Shown here one piece after another: positions 1-9,300 of a stretch of 56,106 nt of DNA (positions are counted from its first letter, which is position 1; each line of letters opens with the position of its first letter). The notes below the pieces were generated by a model that saw only the letters and a program-made list of their open reading frames with translations, searched no databases and was not told the origin of the DNA. The stretch comes from a virus (lineage: Duplodnaviria > Caudoviricetes): positions 1 to 56,106 of the IMG/VR virus record IMGVR_UViG_3300030106_002316. The stretch is one strand, 5' to 3'. The position numbers and the translations under genes were made by a program.

Positions 1-98
1 CTGCTAAGAAAGTTGCTGAATTATTATCACCTAAAGCCAAGGTGATGCACCTTAACTTGAAAGATGCTAACGAGTATCTTATACAAGATAAGATTGAG
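1..98 (+). repeat. Terminal overlap, copy 1 (identical to 56008-56105)
   Basis: Direct comparison: 98 identical bases; the 99th differs (g vs a). Confidence 0.95.
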
Positions 99-1043
99 GA
101 GTTTACAAAGTTGTGGTGGGCCTCAGAAAGATACACGCCAGACGGTATCATTGCAGGTACAGAACTATGGGGTGTTCTAAAAGAAGGCCCGACTAAGACA
201 GCAATAGACTATCCTTATGGTGGCTTGAACTTTCTTACAAACGGTATTCGTATGGGTGAACTCATTACAGTATGTGCAGGGACAGGTATAGGTAAGAGCA
301 GTTTTCTAAGAGAGATCATTCATCACATATTCAAATACACTGACGACAATATCGGCATGATGTTTATGGAAGAGAGTGTTCGTAGTACGGCAGAAGCCAT
401 GATGAGTTTAGAAGTTGGTAAGCCATTACATCTCCCTACAGTAACAGGAGAGCCTGTTTGTTCAGAAGACAGATACTTACAAGCCTACCAAGACACTGTT
501 GGATCTGGTCGTTACTTCTTCTTTGATCATTTCGGTTCTAATTCAATAGATAACATACTTGCTCGTATTCGTTATTTTGCTAGGGCTGTTAAATGCAAAT
601 ACATTGTGTTGGATCACATAAGCATTATAGTCAGTTCTCAAGAACATTCGTTTGATGAACGTAGGACTATAGATGAATGCATGACCAAACTGCGTACAGC
701 CGTTCAAGAACTCGACATATGCCTAATAACTGTATCGCATTTACGGAGGCTTCAACATGGATCACACGAGGAAGGTTATGCAGTATCTTTGTCTGATCTA
801 AGAGGTTCCGCAAGCATTGCTCAATTGTCGGATATGGTGATAGGTCTGGAACGTAACAGTCAGTCGGATGATGAGGAGGAGCGTGATACAACGTATGTGA
901 GAGTCATTAAGAATAGATTCACAGGACGTACAGGTTTATGCACAAAACTGTTTTATAACTTTGCAGATGGTCGTATGGTGGAGAAAGAGCTAGACCCTGC
1001 TAACAAAGATGAGGATGATGACGATGATGAAAATAGCTTGTAG
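1..1043 (+). CDS. T7 gp4-like primase-helicase, C-terminal DnaB-like helicase part (gene starts at 55383 and crosses the junction, ~555 aa)
   Basis: Walker A AGTGIGKS, IVLDH, LRGS, VIKNRFTG, acidic tail; in frame with 55383 after removing the overlap. Confidence 0.93.
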   Translation, partial: AKKVAELLSPKAKVMHLNLKDANEYLIQDKIEEFTKLWWASERYTPDGIIAGTELWGVLKEGPTKTAIDYPYGGLNFLTNGIRMGELITVCAGTGIGKSSFLREIIHHIFKYTDDNIGMMFMEESVRSTAEAMMSLEVGKPLHLPTVTGEPVCSEDRYLQAYQDTVGSGRYFFFDHFGSNSIDNILARIRYFARAVKCKYIVLDHISIIVSSQEHSFDERRTIDECMTKLRTAVQELDICLITVSHLRRLQHGSHEEGYAVSLSDLRGSASIAQLSDMVIGLERNSQSDDEEERDTTYVRVIKNRFTGRTGLCTKLFYNFADGRMVEKELDPANKDEDDDDDENSL

Positions 1044-1302
1044 TATTGTAGCACTTGTAGTATTGTCTGCTTGTGGTCGAGGACATGATGGTGGAGATTA
1101 TGTGTGGATTGGTTGTCACGTAGTACACACTAACCCCGCTGATTGCGAACCTGGAACAGATCGTTGTGTTTACGCATTTGGCCCAGAAGGAGACAAGCTT
1201 GTAGGACAGAAGATTTACTGGAAGCAACTCAAGCTAGGACAAGATCGGTACGGCCCGATTGGTAAGATTGCAACAGCAAGACCCTGCAAGGAGGGAGAGT
1301 AG
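1027..1302 (+). CDS. Small putative lipoprotein
   Basis: MKIACSIVALVVLSAC: basic N-terminus, hydrophobic core, lipobox LSAC; four further Cys. Confidence 0.65.
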   Translation: MKIACSIVALVVLSACGRGHDGGDYVWIGCHVVHTNPADCEPGTDRCVYAFGPEGDKLVGQKIYWKQLKLGQDRYGPIGKIATARPCKEGE

Positions 1303-1730
1303 TGCCGTTAATATCAATCTTTAAGTTGAGTGATGCTGACCTAATGGAGAATAAGAACGTTCTGTTCGTATATGCAGACCACCGTAAACAGAACGGAAGC
1401 CCTGATGTTAACGATAGATTGAGAGCTTTACCAAACGGACTACCCCTCATTATTAAGAAACACGGAGGTATTGAACCTGATTCATTTTGGAAAGATGATG
1501 AAATAGATGCTTTTAAGAATGAGTTTACAGATTCCCTTGAAAAAATTACAAGTGCGCTGACTAATAATAATGAAAGAGTCTATGGTGTTCTTTGTCGAGA
1601 GTCCTTGGATCACGATGAGTTTTCCATTGATAGGATAAGAGAACATTCCGTGGAAGTGTTCAAGCATGTAGCTTTCACGTTGTCAAGATTTTACACACGA
1701 TATAGCCCTGTTGAACTGAAAGAGGTATAA
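1302..1730 (+). CDS. Hypothetical protein (resembles a degenerate phage family with a YVFGDN-type N-terminal motif)
   Basis: Coupled ORF with RBS GGAGGGAG; VLFVYADH...LPN..P..KK...FW.D pattern. Confidence 0.6.
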   Translation: MPLISIFKLSDADLMENKNVLFVYADHRKQNGSPDVNDRLRALPNGLPLIIKKHGGIEPDSFWKDDEIDAFKNEFTDSLEKITSALTNNNERVYGVLCRESLDHDEFSIDRIREHSVEVFKHVAFTLSRFYTRYSPVELKEV

Positions 1731-1732
1731 TT

Positions 1733-2179
1733 ATGTCTAATAAAAAATGGCGAGACAAAAATCCAAAAGCTTACAAGAAACAGAAGCTTGATGCTGCTGC
1801 AGCGAAACGAGATATGGATAACTTTCAATTTTTTAATCAAAAAATGTCAGGAATAAGAACACGTTCAAAACAAGAAAACAGAGAATGCAATGTTGATGCA
1901 GAATATTTAAAAAGTATTTTTCCGAAAGATAAGAGATGTCCTGTTTTTAAAACTTTATTTAAAGTGGGCGTAGAGGATCATAAACCAATACCCACCAATT
2001 TCTCCCCTAGCATTGACCGCATAGATAATGAACTAGGGTATATTAAAGGGAACATTCAGTGGGTTTCAATGAGAGCTAATCGTATTATGTATGATGCAAA
2101 CCCAGATGAGGTTATGGCAGTAGGCTTCTATCACTACCAAGCTTACAAGAAATCTAAGGAACAAAATGAAAATTCATAG
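1733..2179 (+). CDS. HNH-type endonuclease
   Basis: CPVF...SPSIDRIDNELGYIKGNIQWVSMRAN motif typical of phage HNH-like nucleases. Confidence 0.75.
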   Translation: MSNKKWRDKNPKAYKKQKLDAAAAKRDMDNFQFFNQKMSGIRTRSKQENRECNVDAEYLKSIFPKDKRCPVFKTLFKVGVEDHKPIPTNFSPSIDRIDNELGYIKGNIQWVSMRANRIMYDANPDEVMAVGFYHYQAYKKSKEQNENS

Positions 2180-2543
2180 ATCTAACTTTGAAGCTAACTT
2201 TGCAAGATTCTTAAAAGACAACAACATAAAATATGAGTACGAGACTAAGAAGATAAAGTATGTTCCGAAAGTAAAAACATATACTCCAGACTTCTATTTG
2301 AAAGATTACGACATTCTTATAGAAACAAAAGGTCGCTTTACTATAGCTGACAGAGTAAAACACAAGCTTATTAAAAAGCAACATCCTGATCTGGACATAC
2401 GATTTATTTTCCAAAGATGCAAAGAAAAGCTTTACACAGGCTCAAAAACAACGTATGCTGATTGGTGTGACAAAAATGATTTTAAGTATGCCGAAGGCGA
2501 AATCCCTGAAGCATGGTTGAGGGGTAAACGTGGACGAAGATAA
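2166..2543 (+). CDS. Endonuclease I / Holliday junction resolvase (T7 gp3-like)
   Basis: RSNFE, YTPDF, IETKGRF, DIRFIF, TYADWC motifs. Confidence 0.92.
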   Translation: MKIHRSNFEANFARFLKDNNIKYEYETKKIKYVPKVKTYTPDFYLKDYDILIETKGRFTIADRVKHKLIKKQHPDLDIRFIFQRCKEKLYTGSKTTYADWCDKNDFKYAEGEIPEAWLRGKRGRR

Positions 2544-2898
2544 AGTAAATGAGGTCGTAGAAGAAGAAAAAAGGCATCTTAAAGAAGACAGAGTGTATAT
2601 TGTTCTTCAGTTGGATAAAGAAGACAAAGAGCAATTTTCTATGCTTTGCCTAGATACAACAAAAGATGATGTAGATAAAAAACCTAACGTTGTACAAATT
2701 ATTGCTAGAGGTATAACGGATCTACTTAGTCACGATTTAGATGGACTATTAGATTTAGGCTTACAAGGCATAGAGAGAGATAAGCAAAAGAACAGTAATA
2801 TTGTATGGTTAGATAGCTATAGACCACCAGAGGAAGATGATCCTACAGTTATAACATTTGCTTTTGAAGATAAAGATGAGGAAGAAAAGGATGAATGA
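2530..2898 (+). CDS. Acidic hypothetical protein
   Basis: Overlap-coupled ORF in the operon. Confidence 0.7.
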   Translation: MDEDKVNEVVEEEKRHLKEDRVYIVLQLDKEDKEQFSMLCLDTTKDDVDKKPNVVQIIARGITDLLSHDLDGLLDLGLQGIERDKQKNSNIVWLDSYRPPEEDDPTVITFAFEDKDEEEKDE

Positions 2899-3133
2899 GT
2901 TAGAGGTAAAAAGAGTTGAAGATCCCGTTAACAGCCCATCACACTATAACAAGCTGGACGTTGAGGCTATAGATCTCATAGAGATGTCTATGACAAACAC
3001 AGAGTTTTTAGGATACCTGAAGGGCAATGCGTTAAAATATATCATACGTTACAAACACAAGGGCAACCCTAAACAGGATCTCAGCAAGGGTCTATGGTAT
3101 TTAAATAAATTAAAGGAAAAAGTTAATGTCTGA
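2891..3133 (+). CDS. DUF3310 protein (T7 gp1.7-like nucleotide kinase family)
   Basis: DPVNSPSHY, GNALKYIIR..HKG...DL.K..WYL. Confidence 0.85.
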   Translation: MNELEVKRVEDPVNSPSHYNKLDVEAIDLIEMSMTNTEFLGYLKGNALKYIIRYKHKGNPKQDLSKGLWYLNKLKEKVNV

Positions 3134-5042
3134 ATTACCTACAGATTATCAGGCGTTCATACACAAGAGTCGTTATGCACGTTGGTTAGATGAAGAGAAT
3201 AGAAGAGAGACATGGAATGAGACAGTCTCAAGGTTCTACGAGTTTATGTTGGAGCATGTTAAGCTAACGACAGATGTAGACTTATCGAAGAACGATACAG
3301 TGAAGCAGGTTAAACAAGCTGTTCTTAATCTAGATGTCATGCCGTCTATGAGATCCCTTATGACTGCAGGGCCAGCTTTAAGACGCGAGAACATTGCAGG
3401 ATACAACTGTTCATATATTCCTATTGACAATCCCCGTTCCTTTGATGAGGTCTTATACATACTGATGAATGGTACAGGTGTAGGTTTTTCAGTAGAAAGG
3501 CAATACATCAACAATCTTCCTACTATACCTGATCAACCATTTGAGGAGACAGAGGACGTTATAAGCGTAGCAGATTCTAAGGAAGGATGGGCGAGAAGCT
3601 TTAAAGATCTTATAAGCTTTCTCTATACGAACAGAGTTCCTAAATTGGATTACAATAAGGTGCGTCCTGCTGGTGCAAGGCTCAAGACATTTGGTGGTAG
3701 GGCATCTGGCCCAGAACCTCTACAAGATTTGTTTCAATTTACAATAGGAGTATTTAAGAATGCTGCGGGAAGGAAGCTTACGTCTATTGAATGTCACGAT
3801 ATTGTGTGTAAGACGGGTGAAGTCGTTGTTGTTGGAGGAGTTCGCCGTTCTGCTCTTCTCTCTCTTAGCAATCTTACTGATGATAGGATGCGTTCTGCTA
3901 AGTCTGGTGATTGGTGGCATATGTATCCTCATAGATCTTTGGCTAATAATTCTGTGGCATATACAGAAACTCCAGACACAGCTTCGTTTATGAAAGAGTG
4001 GCTTGCACTTTATGAAAGCAAATCTGGAGAACGAGGTATCTTTAATAGAGTGGCAGCTAACGCTAAAGCTATAAGCAATGGTCGTAGACAAGAACACAAC
4101 GACTTTGGAACGAACCCTTGTAGCGAAATCATACTGCGTCCTAATCAGTTTTGCAATCTGTCGGAAGTGGTTTGCAGGTCTACTGACACAATCAAAACAT
4201 TGCAAAAGAAAGCAGAGTTCGCTTCCATACTTGGAACACTGCAATCTACACTAACAGATTTTAAATATCTTAGAACACGCTGGCGAAGTAATACCGAAGA
4301 GGAACGGTTGCTTGGTGTGTCTTTGACAGGCATCATGGATTGTACTGCGTTACATGCTTCCGATGCTGACAAAAAGCTATCATTGTTACGGGATACAGTG
4401 GTAGAAACAAACAAGAAGTGGTCTAAGCTCCTTGGCATTCCTCAGTCAACATCCACGACTTGTGTTAAGCCTTCTGGAACTGTCAGTCAGCTAACTGATT
4501 CTTCCAGTGGTATTCATGCTCGACACGCTCCATACTATGTTCGTACAGTACGTGGAGATGTTAAAGATCCATTAACACAATTTTTAATGAATCAAAACAT
4601 TCCTAATGAGCCTGATTTTAACAGCCCAACAAATACGGTGGTTTTTTCCTTTCCTTTTAAATCACCTGATGGTGCTGTATGTCGCACAGACATGAAGGCT
4701 CTCGAACAATTGAGTGTGTGGAAACGTTTTAGTGATCATTGGTGTGAACATAAGCCCTCAGTCACAATCAGTGTGAAAGAGCATGAATGGATAGAAGTAG
4801 GAAACTGGTGTTATGAGAACTTCGATAGTTTGAGTGGCATCAGCTTCCTACCCTTTTCTGATCACAGTTATAGGCAAGCTCCTTATCAGGATGCTACCAA
4901 GAAGGAATACAACAAGCTTAGTGCTAGTATGCCAAAGACAATTGATTGGAAAGAGTTTGATGAATATGAGAAAGAGGATAACACAAAAGCCTCACAAGAA
5001 TTGGCTTGCAGTGCAGGGGTTTGTGAAATAGTAGATATATGA
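3126..5042 (+). CDS. nrdJ: Class II (adenosylcobalamin-dependent) ribonucleotide reductase, monomeric RTPR type
   Basis: YNCSY, TNPCSEI, CNLSEV, CVKPSGT, C-terminal CSAGVC; no small-subunit gene nearby. Confidence 0.92.
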   Translation: MSELPTDYQAFIHKSRYARWLDEENRRETWNETVSRFYEFMLEHVKLTTDVDLSKNDTVKQVKQAVLNLDVMPSMRSLMTAGPALRRENIAGYNCSYIPIDNPRSFDEVLYILMNGTGVGFSVERQYINNLPTIPDQPFEETEDVISVADSKEGWARSFKDLISFLYTNRVPKLDYNKVRPAGARLKTFGGRASGPEPLQDLFQFTIGVFKNAAGRKLTSIECHDIVCKTGEVVVVGGVRRSALLSLSNLTDDRMRSAKSGDWWHMYPHRSLANNSVAYTETPDTASFMKEWLALYESKSGERGIFNRVAANAKAISNGRRQEHNDFGTNPCSEIILRPNQFCNLSEVVCRSTDTIKTLQKKAEFASILGTLQSTLTDFKYLRTRWRSNTEEERLLGVSLTGIMDCTALHASDADKKLSLLRDTVVETNKKWSKLLGIPQSTSTTCVKPSGTVSQLTDSSSGIHARHAPYYVRTVRGDVKDPLTQFLMNQNIPNEPDFNSPTNTVVFSFPFKSPDGAVCRTDMKALEQLSVWKRFSDHWCEHKPSVTISVKEHEWIEVGNWCYENFDSLSGISFLPFSDHSYRQAPYQDATKKEYNKLSASMPKTIDWKEFDEYEKEDNTKASQELACSAGVCEIVDI

Positions 5043-5263
5043 GTACCCAACCAAAATCAATAAAACTTTCGAGTGTAGATGTAGAGATAACAAAAAGCGG
5101 TAATATAGAACTGATATACAGCCATATTACCGCCGAAGAGTTTAAGAATACAATGGATTCCAAACTTCCTGAGTATGAAAACACAGAGCTTCTTTACGGG
5201 TTTATACAAAGATTACACAAAATTACTGCCATTTACCGAGAAGCAGTAAATAAACTGCTCTAA
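5039..5263 (+). CDS. Hypothetical protein, last gene of the plus-strand arm
   Basis: ATGA overlap with the nrdJ stop. Confidence 0.7.
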   Translation: MSTQPKSIKLSSVDVEITKSGNIELIYSHITAEEFKNTMDSKLPEYENTELLYGFIQRLHKITAIYREAVNKLL

Positions 5264-5374
5264 TAGGGGTGAAATATGCTAAATCCTTTGTACGGCATTT
5301 TAAGAGCGTTACAGAGGATTTAGGTATTCTCAGGTACATTGGGTTATAATACCCTATTACTTGCTCTGTAGCGT
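5261..5374. terminator. Structured convergent intergenic region, probable bidirectional terminator
   Basis: Long hairpin 5270-5332 (ctaaatcct/aggatttag core) between converging gene arms; no clear U-tract. Confidence 0.5.
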
Positions 5375-5404
5375 CAAATATGGAGGAGTTTTTCTTTCAA
5401 GACC

Positions 5405-5902
5405 CTATTTTTTCTTGTTTTTCTTACTGACTTTACCGCCTTTGTTAAAATTAGACGTAAAACCTAGTCTTGCTCCAACTTTTCTTTTACGGTTCGGCCC
5501 TCTTGGTGTTACATCTCCTGTGATGCCAAATGTTCCTTGTCCGACAGGGAAATTTACACCTGCTCTAAAATTTCTTACAGGCTTTCCTTTATCTTTAAAT
5601 ATTCCCCAAGGAGTGTCAGCTTGAAACTTGTCTCTTGATTCAGATGCACCTATACTAAAATCTGCTGGCCCGATAGGTACAGTTAAATCTATTCCTTTAC
5701 TTAAACTACCTTCTTTAATATCTACACTTTGTATTGGTCTGTTTTTAGTCCAGCCTCCGCCCACACCTAATTTAATTTTAGTTCTTCCTTTTTTAGCTTG
5801 TAATGTTGCAGAACCACCAAACTTCTTTTTACCACCGCCACCACCGCCTTTTAATTCCATGTTAGCGTAAGGCTTTCCTTTGCTCCTATACTTTCCCATC
5901 AT
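5405..5902 (-). CDS. Basic, Gly-rich beta-strand hypothetical protein
   Basis: ATGA coupled to the holin; alternating hydrophobic strands; C-terminal FNKGGKV. Confidence 0.7.
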   Translation of the reverse strand: MMGKYRSKGKPYANMELKGGGGGGKKKFGGSATLQAKKGRTKIKLGVGGGWTKNRPIQSVDIKEGSLSKGIDLTVPIGPADFSIGASESRDKFQADTPWGIFKDKGKPVRNFRAGVNFPVGQGTFGITGDVTPRGPNRKRKVGARLGFTSNFNKGGKVSKKNKKK

Positions 5903-6321
5903 TTAACCTTTTTCATATTATTACGCTGTACGCCCTTAGATTTCTCAAAACTACGCATTCCACCTAGTCCTAACAAGGCCATAGTGAGAGACATAAGACC
6001 TTCTGTTTCTATGATAGGCAACACTACGTCTACACCTGCCACAGCCATTCCCCATATAGCCACAGGCTGAAACACGAACTGCCAGCCTAACCCGAAGGCG
6101 CATATCCACATGATAGCTGGCCTAGCCCCTGCAACGAACAAACTAGGATGAGCAGCTTGAACCTTGTTTGTTTCTATTTGTGCAAGGTTGGCTTTGTTGA
6201 AAGCTGTTGTTAACTCCTTCTCCATCTCCAGCTTGGCTTTTTGAGCAGCGTTCTTGTCAGGTATAACACGATCAAGTATATTTGTAGCTACAGGAAGAAG
6301 GGAACTTAATACACCTATCAT
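5899..6321 (-). CDS. Holin (GTA-type 3TM holin family)
   Basis: LDRVIPD, QIETNK..A.HPSLFVAGARPAIMW, LLGLGGMRSFEK with hydrophobic segments. Confidence 0.85.
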   Translation of the reverse strand: MIGVLSSLLPVATNILDRVIPDKNAAQKAKLEMEKELTTAFNKANLAQIETNKVQAAHPSLFVAGARPAIMWICAFGLGWQFVFQPVAIWGMAVAGVDVVLPIIETEGLMSLTMALLGLGGMRSFEKSKGVQRNNMKKVK

Positions 6322-6323
6322 TT

Positions 6324-9300
6324 TTATAATCCTATTCTTTCAAATAATTCTGTTTCAGCGTCATTTGTTTGTTGATCAAGGCTAATAGAAGGATCTTGAC
6401 TGATAGTATCAATATCTATTTCGTCTTCTTCTAACACCTCTTGTCTTGTCAAACCGTATCCTCCGAAAAGGTTTTCATCTTCGACCAAAGATAACTCTCC
6501 TGCGACAATATCTTTAGGCTCATTAAATCCAAGAATAGGTACTGTCATATCTGTAAAAGGAATATCTAAACCTTTCTCTTGAAGATACCTAACGTTAAAA
6601 AAAGATCTTAAAAATTTTACAACTTCATTTGGAGTAGGATCGTAATTTCTAGACTCTTCTTTATCTGGATCATAAGTAACTGCTCTTGAAAAAGCAGGTT
6701 TTGCCATAATGTCAAGTATCTTTGAAACAAAATTTCTTTCATCTTTCACTGGTTTGTTGTCTATAATAAGTCCTAAATTTCTAACAAAATTTGGATCAGA
6801 CATGATTGTGTGCAACATTAAATGTTTTGCTCGTTGTTGTTCTCTCACAATTTGTTCTGTTGCCAAATATCTCCAACTAACAACTCCTCGCATACCAGAG
6901 TATATTCGTGATAGCGCTGCAGAGTATGTTAGCCCTCTAGGTATATTGCTAAATTCTCCAGAAGCAAGGTCAGGGACTAAGCCTTTTATTGCTATAACAT
7001 TATCGAATATCATTTCTAAGTCTTCAACAAATGATTGATTTGCTCCTACCGCTCTATCTATTTTCTTTAAACTTGTTCCCATGTTTTCATACATAGTCAT
7101 CATTTCAACTATATTTATGTCAGAATCTAGTTGAAAAGCTTTTGGAGTTGATATTACTCCTTCTGAAACAAGAGAATCGTTGATCCATTGTGTAGGACGA
7201 AACATTTCCTCTTGATTAACGCCTCTTATTTTGTCTATATCTTTTTTTGTACTAAGGTCTAGCATTGCTTTTCTAGTACTGGTTACGTTTTGAGATTTCT
7301 TAATTAGGGTACTTACTAAAACATCCCTAAAGCTTTGGAGTTGTTTTTTTTGAGTTTCGCTAACAGTTCTGTTATAAATATCTTGAGGCGTTACACCATA
7401 TAATTCTTTTATAAACACATCAAATCGTGATCCTGTTATTTGTTCTCTATCTCTAATAGGAAATTTCTCATCAAATGTTTTTTGTATGCTAGAGACATCT
7501 AATGCAGGTTCAAATCCTGCTTCTTTAATCTTTTCCGAACTTTCTTCTGCTAAAGTTTTTACTCTTCCAAAAATATCTGTTACTTCGTCACTTGCTCCTA
7601 CAGACTCCCTTGCATAAGTGTCTGCTCGTGATGCTGGAAATAAAAAGTCAAATAGCTGGTTGGTGTCTTTTATAGATTCGACCTCTGTACCAATAGATTT
7701 TTTTATGTTTTCTAATTGGGTACTGGTCATTCTTTTTAAAGCTGCATCCAAATCCTTAGTTGCGTTATCTATGTCTTCTGTTACATTTTTTACAGAATTT
7801 TTGTCTAACAAGTTAAGATATTCTTTTGCTCTATCTGCAGCTTTTTTAGATATTAACCTATTCTCTAATAGATTTGATATTGTGGATATGTTTGTTTCAT
7901 AATTGCCTCTAAGCAATCTTCCTTGTATTATTTCAAATCCAAAAGTTGAGTCTAAGTCATCTAAAATTTGTTTGCGAATATCTTTCATACTTATAATATT
8001 TTGGTTGCTGTCTTTAAAGTCTGAAAATAGTTCATCAAGAAGCTTTCTTGACTGAGCAGGATCTTTTGCTTTTAAAAATGGTGCGAGAAGATCTCTTGGT
8101 GAATCAATATTTCTTAAAAACTGCGTAACTCCTCCTTCAGCTTGTTCATCTATTGTTTGTAACAATCTTTTGCCCAAGTAGGATTCATGCCATGTTCTTC
8201 TAAAGTTAGTATACTCTTTATTTGCTTCGGCTACTTCGCTTATGTTGTGTCCTTCAAATATTTCGTCCAGATTTTTAGAAGAATTGTACACAGCTTGCGA
8301 TGCTTCAGGTTTAGTAAATTTGTTTCTCCAAGACCAATCAGCATGATTCTTACGAAGAGTGTGCATATCAGAAGCATTCATAGAATGTGTAAATTTAGAA
8401 TTTAATGCAGATCTATTTTGAGAAGTTAGGTTTGAAAGAAGTATTCTTAAATAATCTTCTTCAGACATTTTTAAACTTGCAGCGTGATCTGATAAATTCT
8501 CAAGTGTTAAAGACAGGTCGAAATCTCCTGTATCATCCTTTGAGTGTGGAATAGAACCCGACTTGCTTCCTTTTGCTAATGTAATACTTAAATTACTATC
8601 AATAATGTTTTCAGCTATATCAACCATCTCATCTTTTGAAGTATTCCCCAAGCCTTTATATCTAGCGAAACGAATAAAAGTATCAATATCATCAGAATAA
8701 CTTATAGGCTCTCCTTCAGCCCTCGTAAATTTTCCAAAAGCAAGATACTCATTTGGCTTTTTAAGAATTGCGTGTATTTCTCCAAAATCATCTATTTGCT
8801 GATTTCTTAATTTTTCTAACTCATCAATATAATTCTCTGCGTCCAAAGTTTTTCCTTGCAAGGCTTCGTCCATCTCATCAAATCTTGCATTTTTTGTTCT
8901 TATTGCTTGTTCGTAAGCGTTTGTAGCATAACCTTCTATCCTGTTTCCAAAAGCAGTCTCTGCTCTTGACAATGCTTGCATACCATTCGGACTTTCTTCT
9001 AAGCCAACACCATGCGTTCTTCGTAAACCGAGGCCATCTTCGTCCATCATTATTTTTCTTACTTGGCTATCTCTTAAAGTTCCTATTCTTTTAGTTTGTT
9101 GAGATAATGAATTTATTTGTTCAGAAAACTCACCTATGTTTGATTTAAGTTTGGCTACAATTTTATCTGCACCTATTTTCAAATCCTTAAATTCACCCGA
9201 AGTTTTTCCGAACCCTCCAACAAGATCTTCCATTGCGCCTTGTATGTATCCAACTTGATCCTGTAATTCCTGTTGGTGTGTTCTAAATATGTTTAAAATA

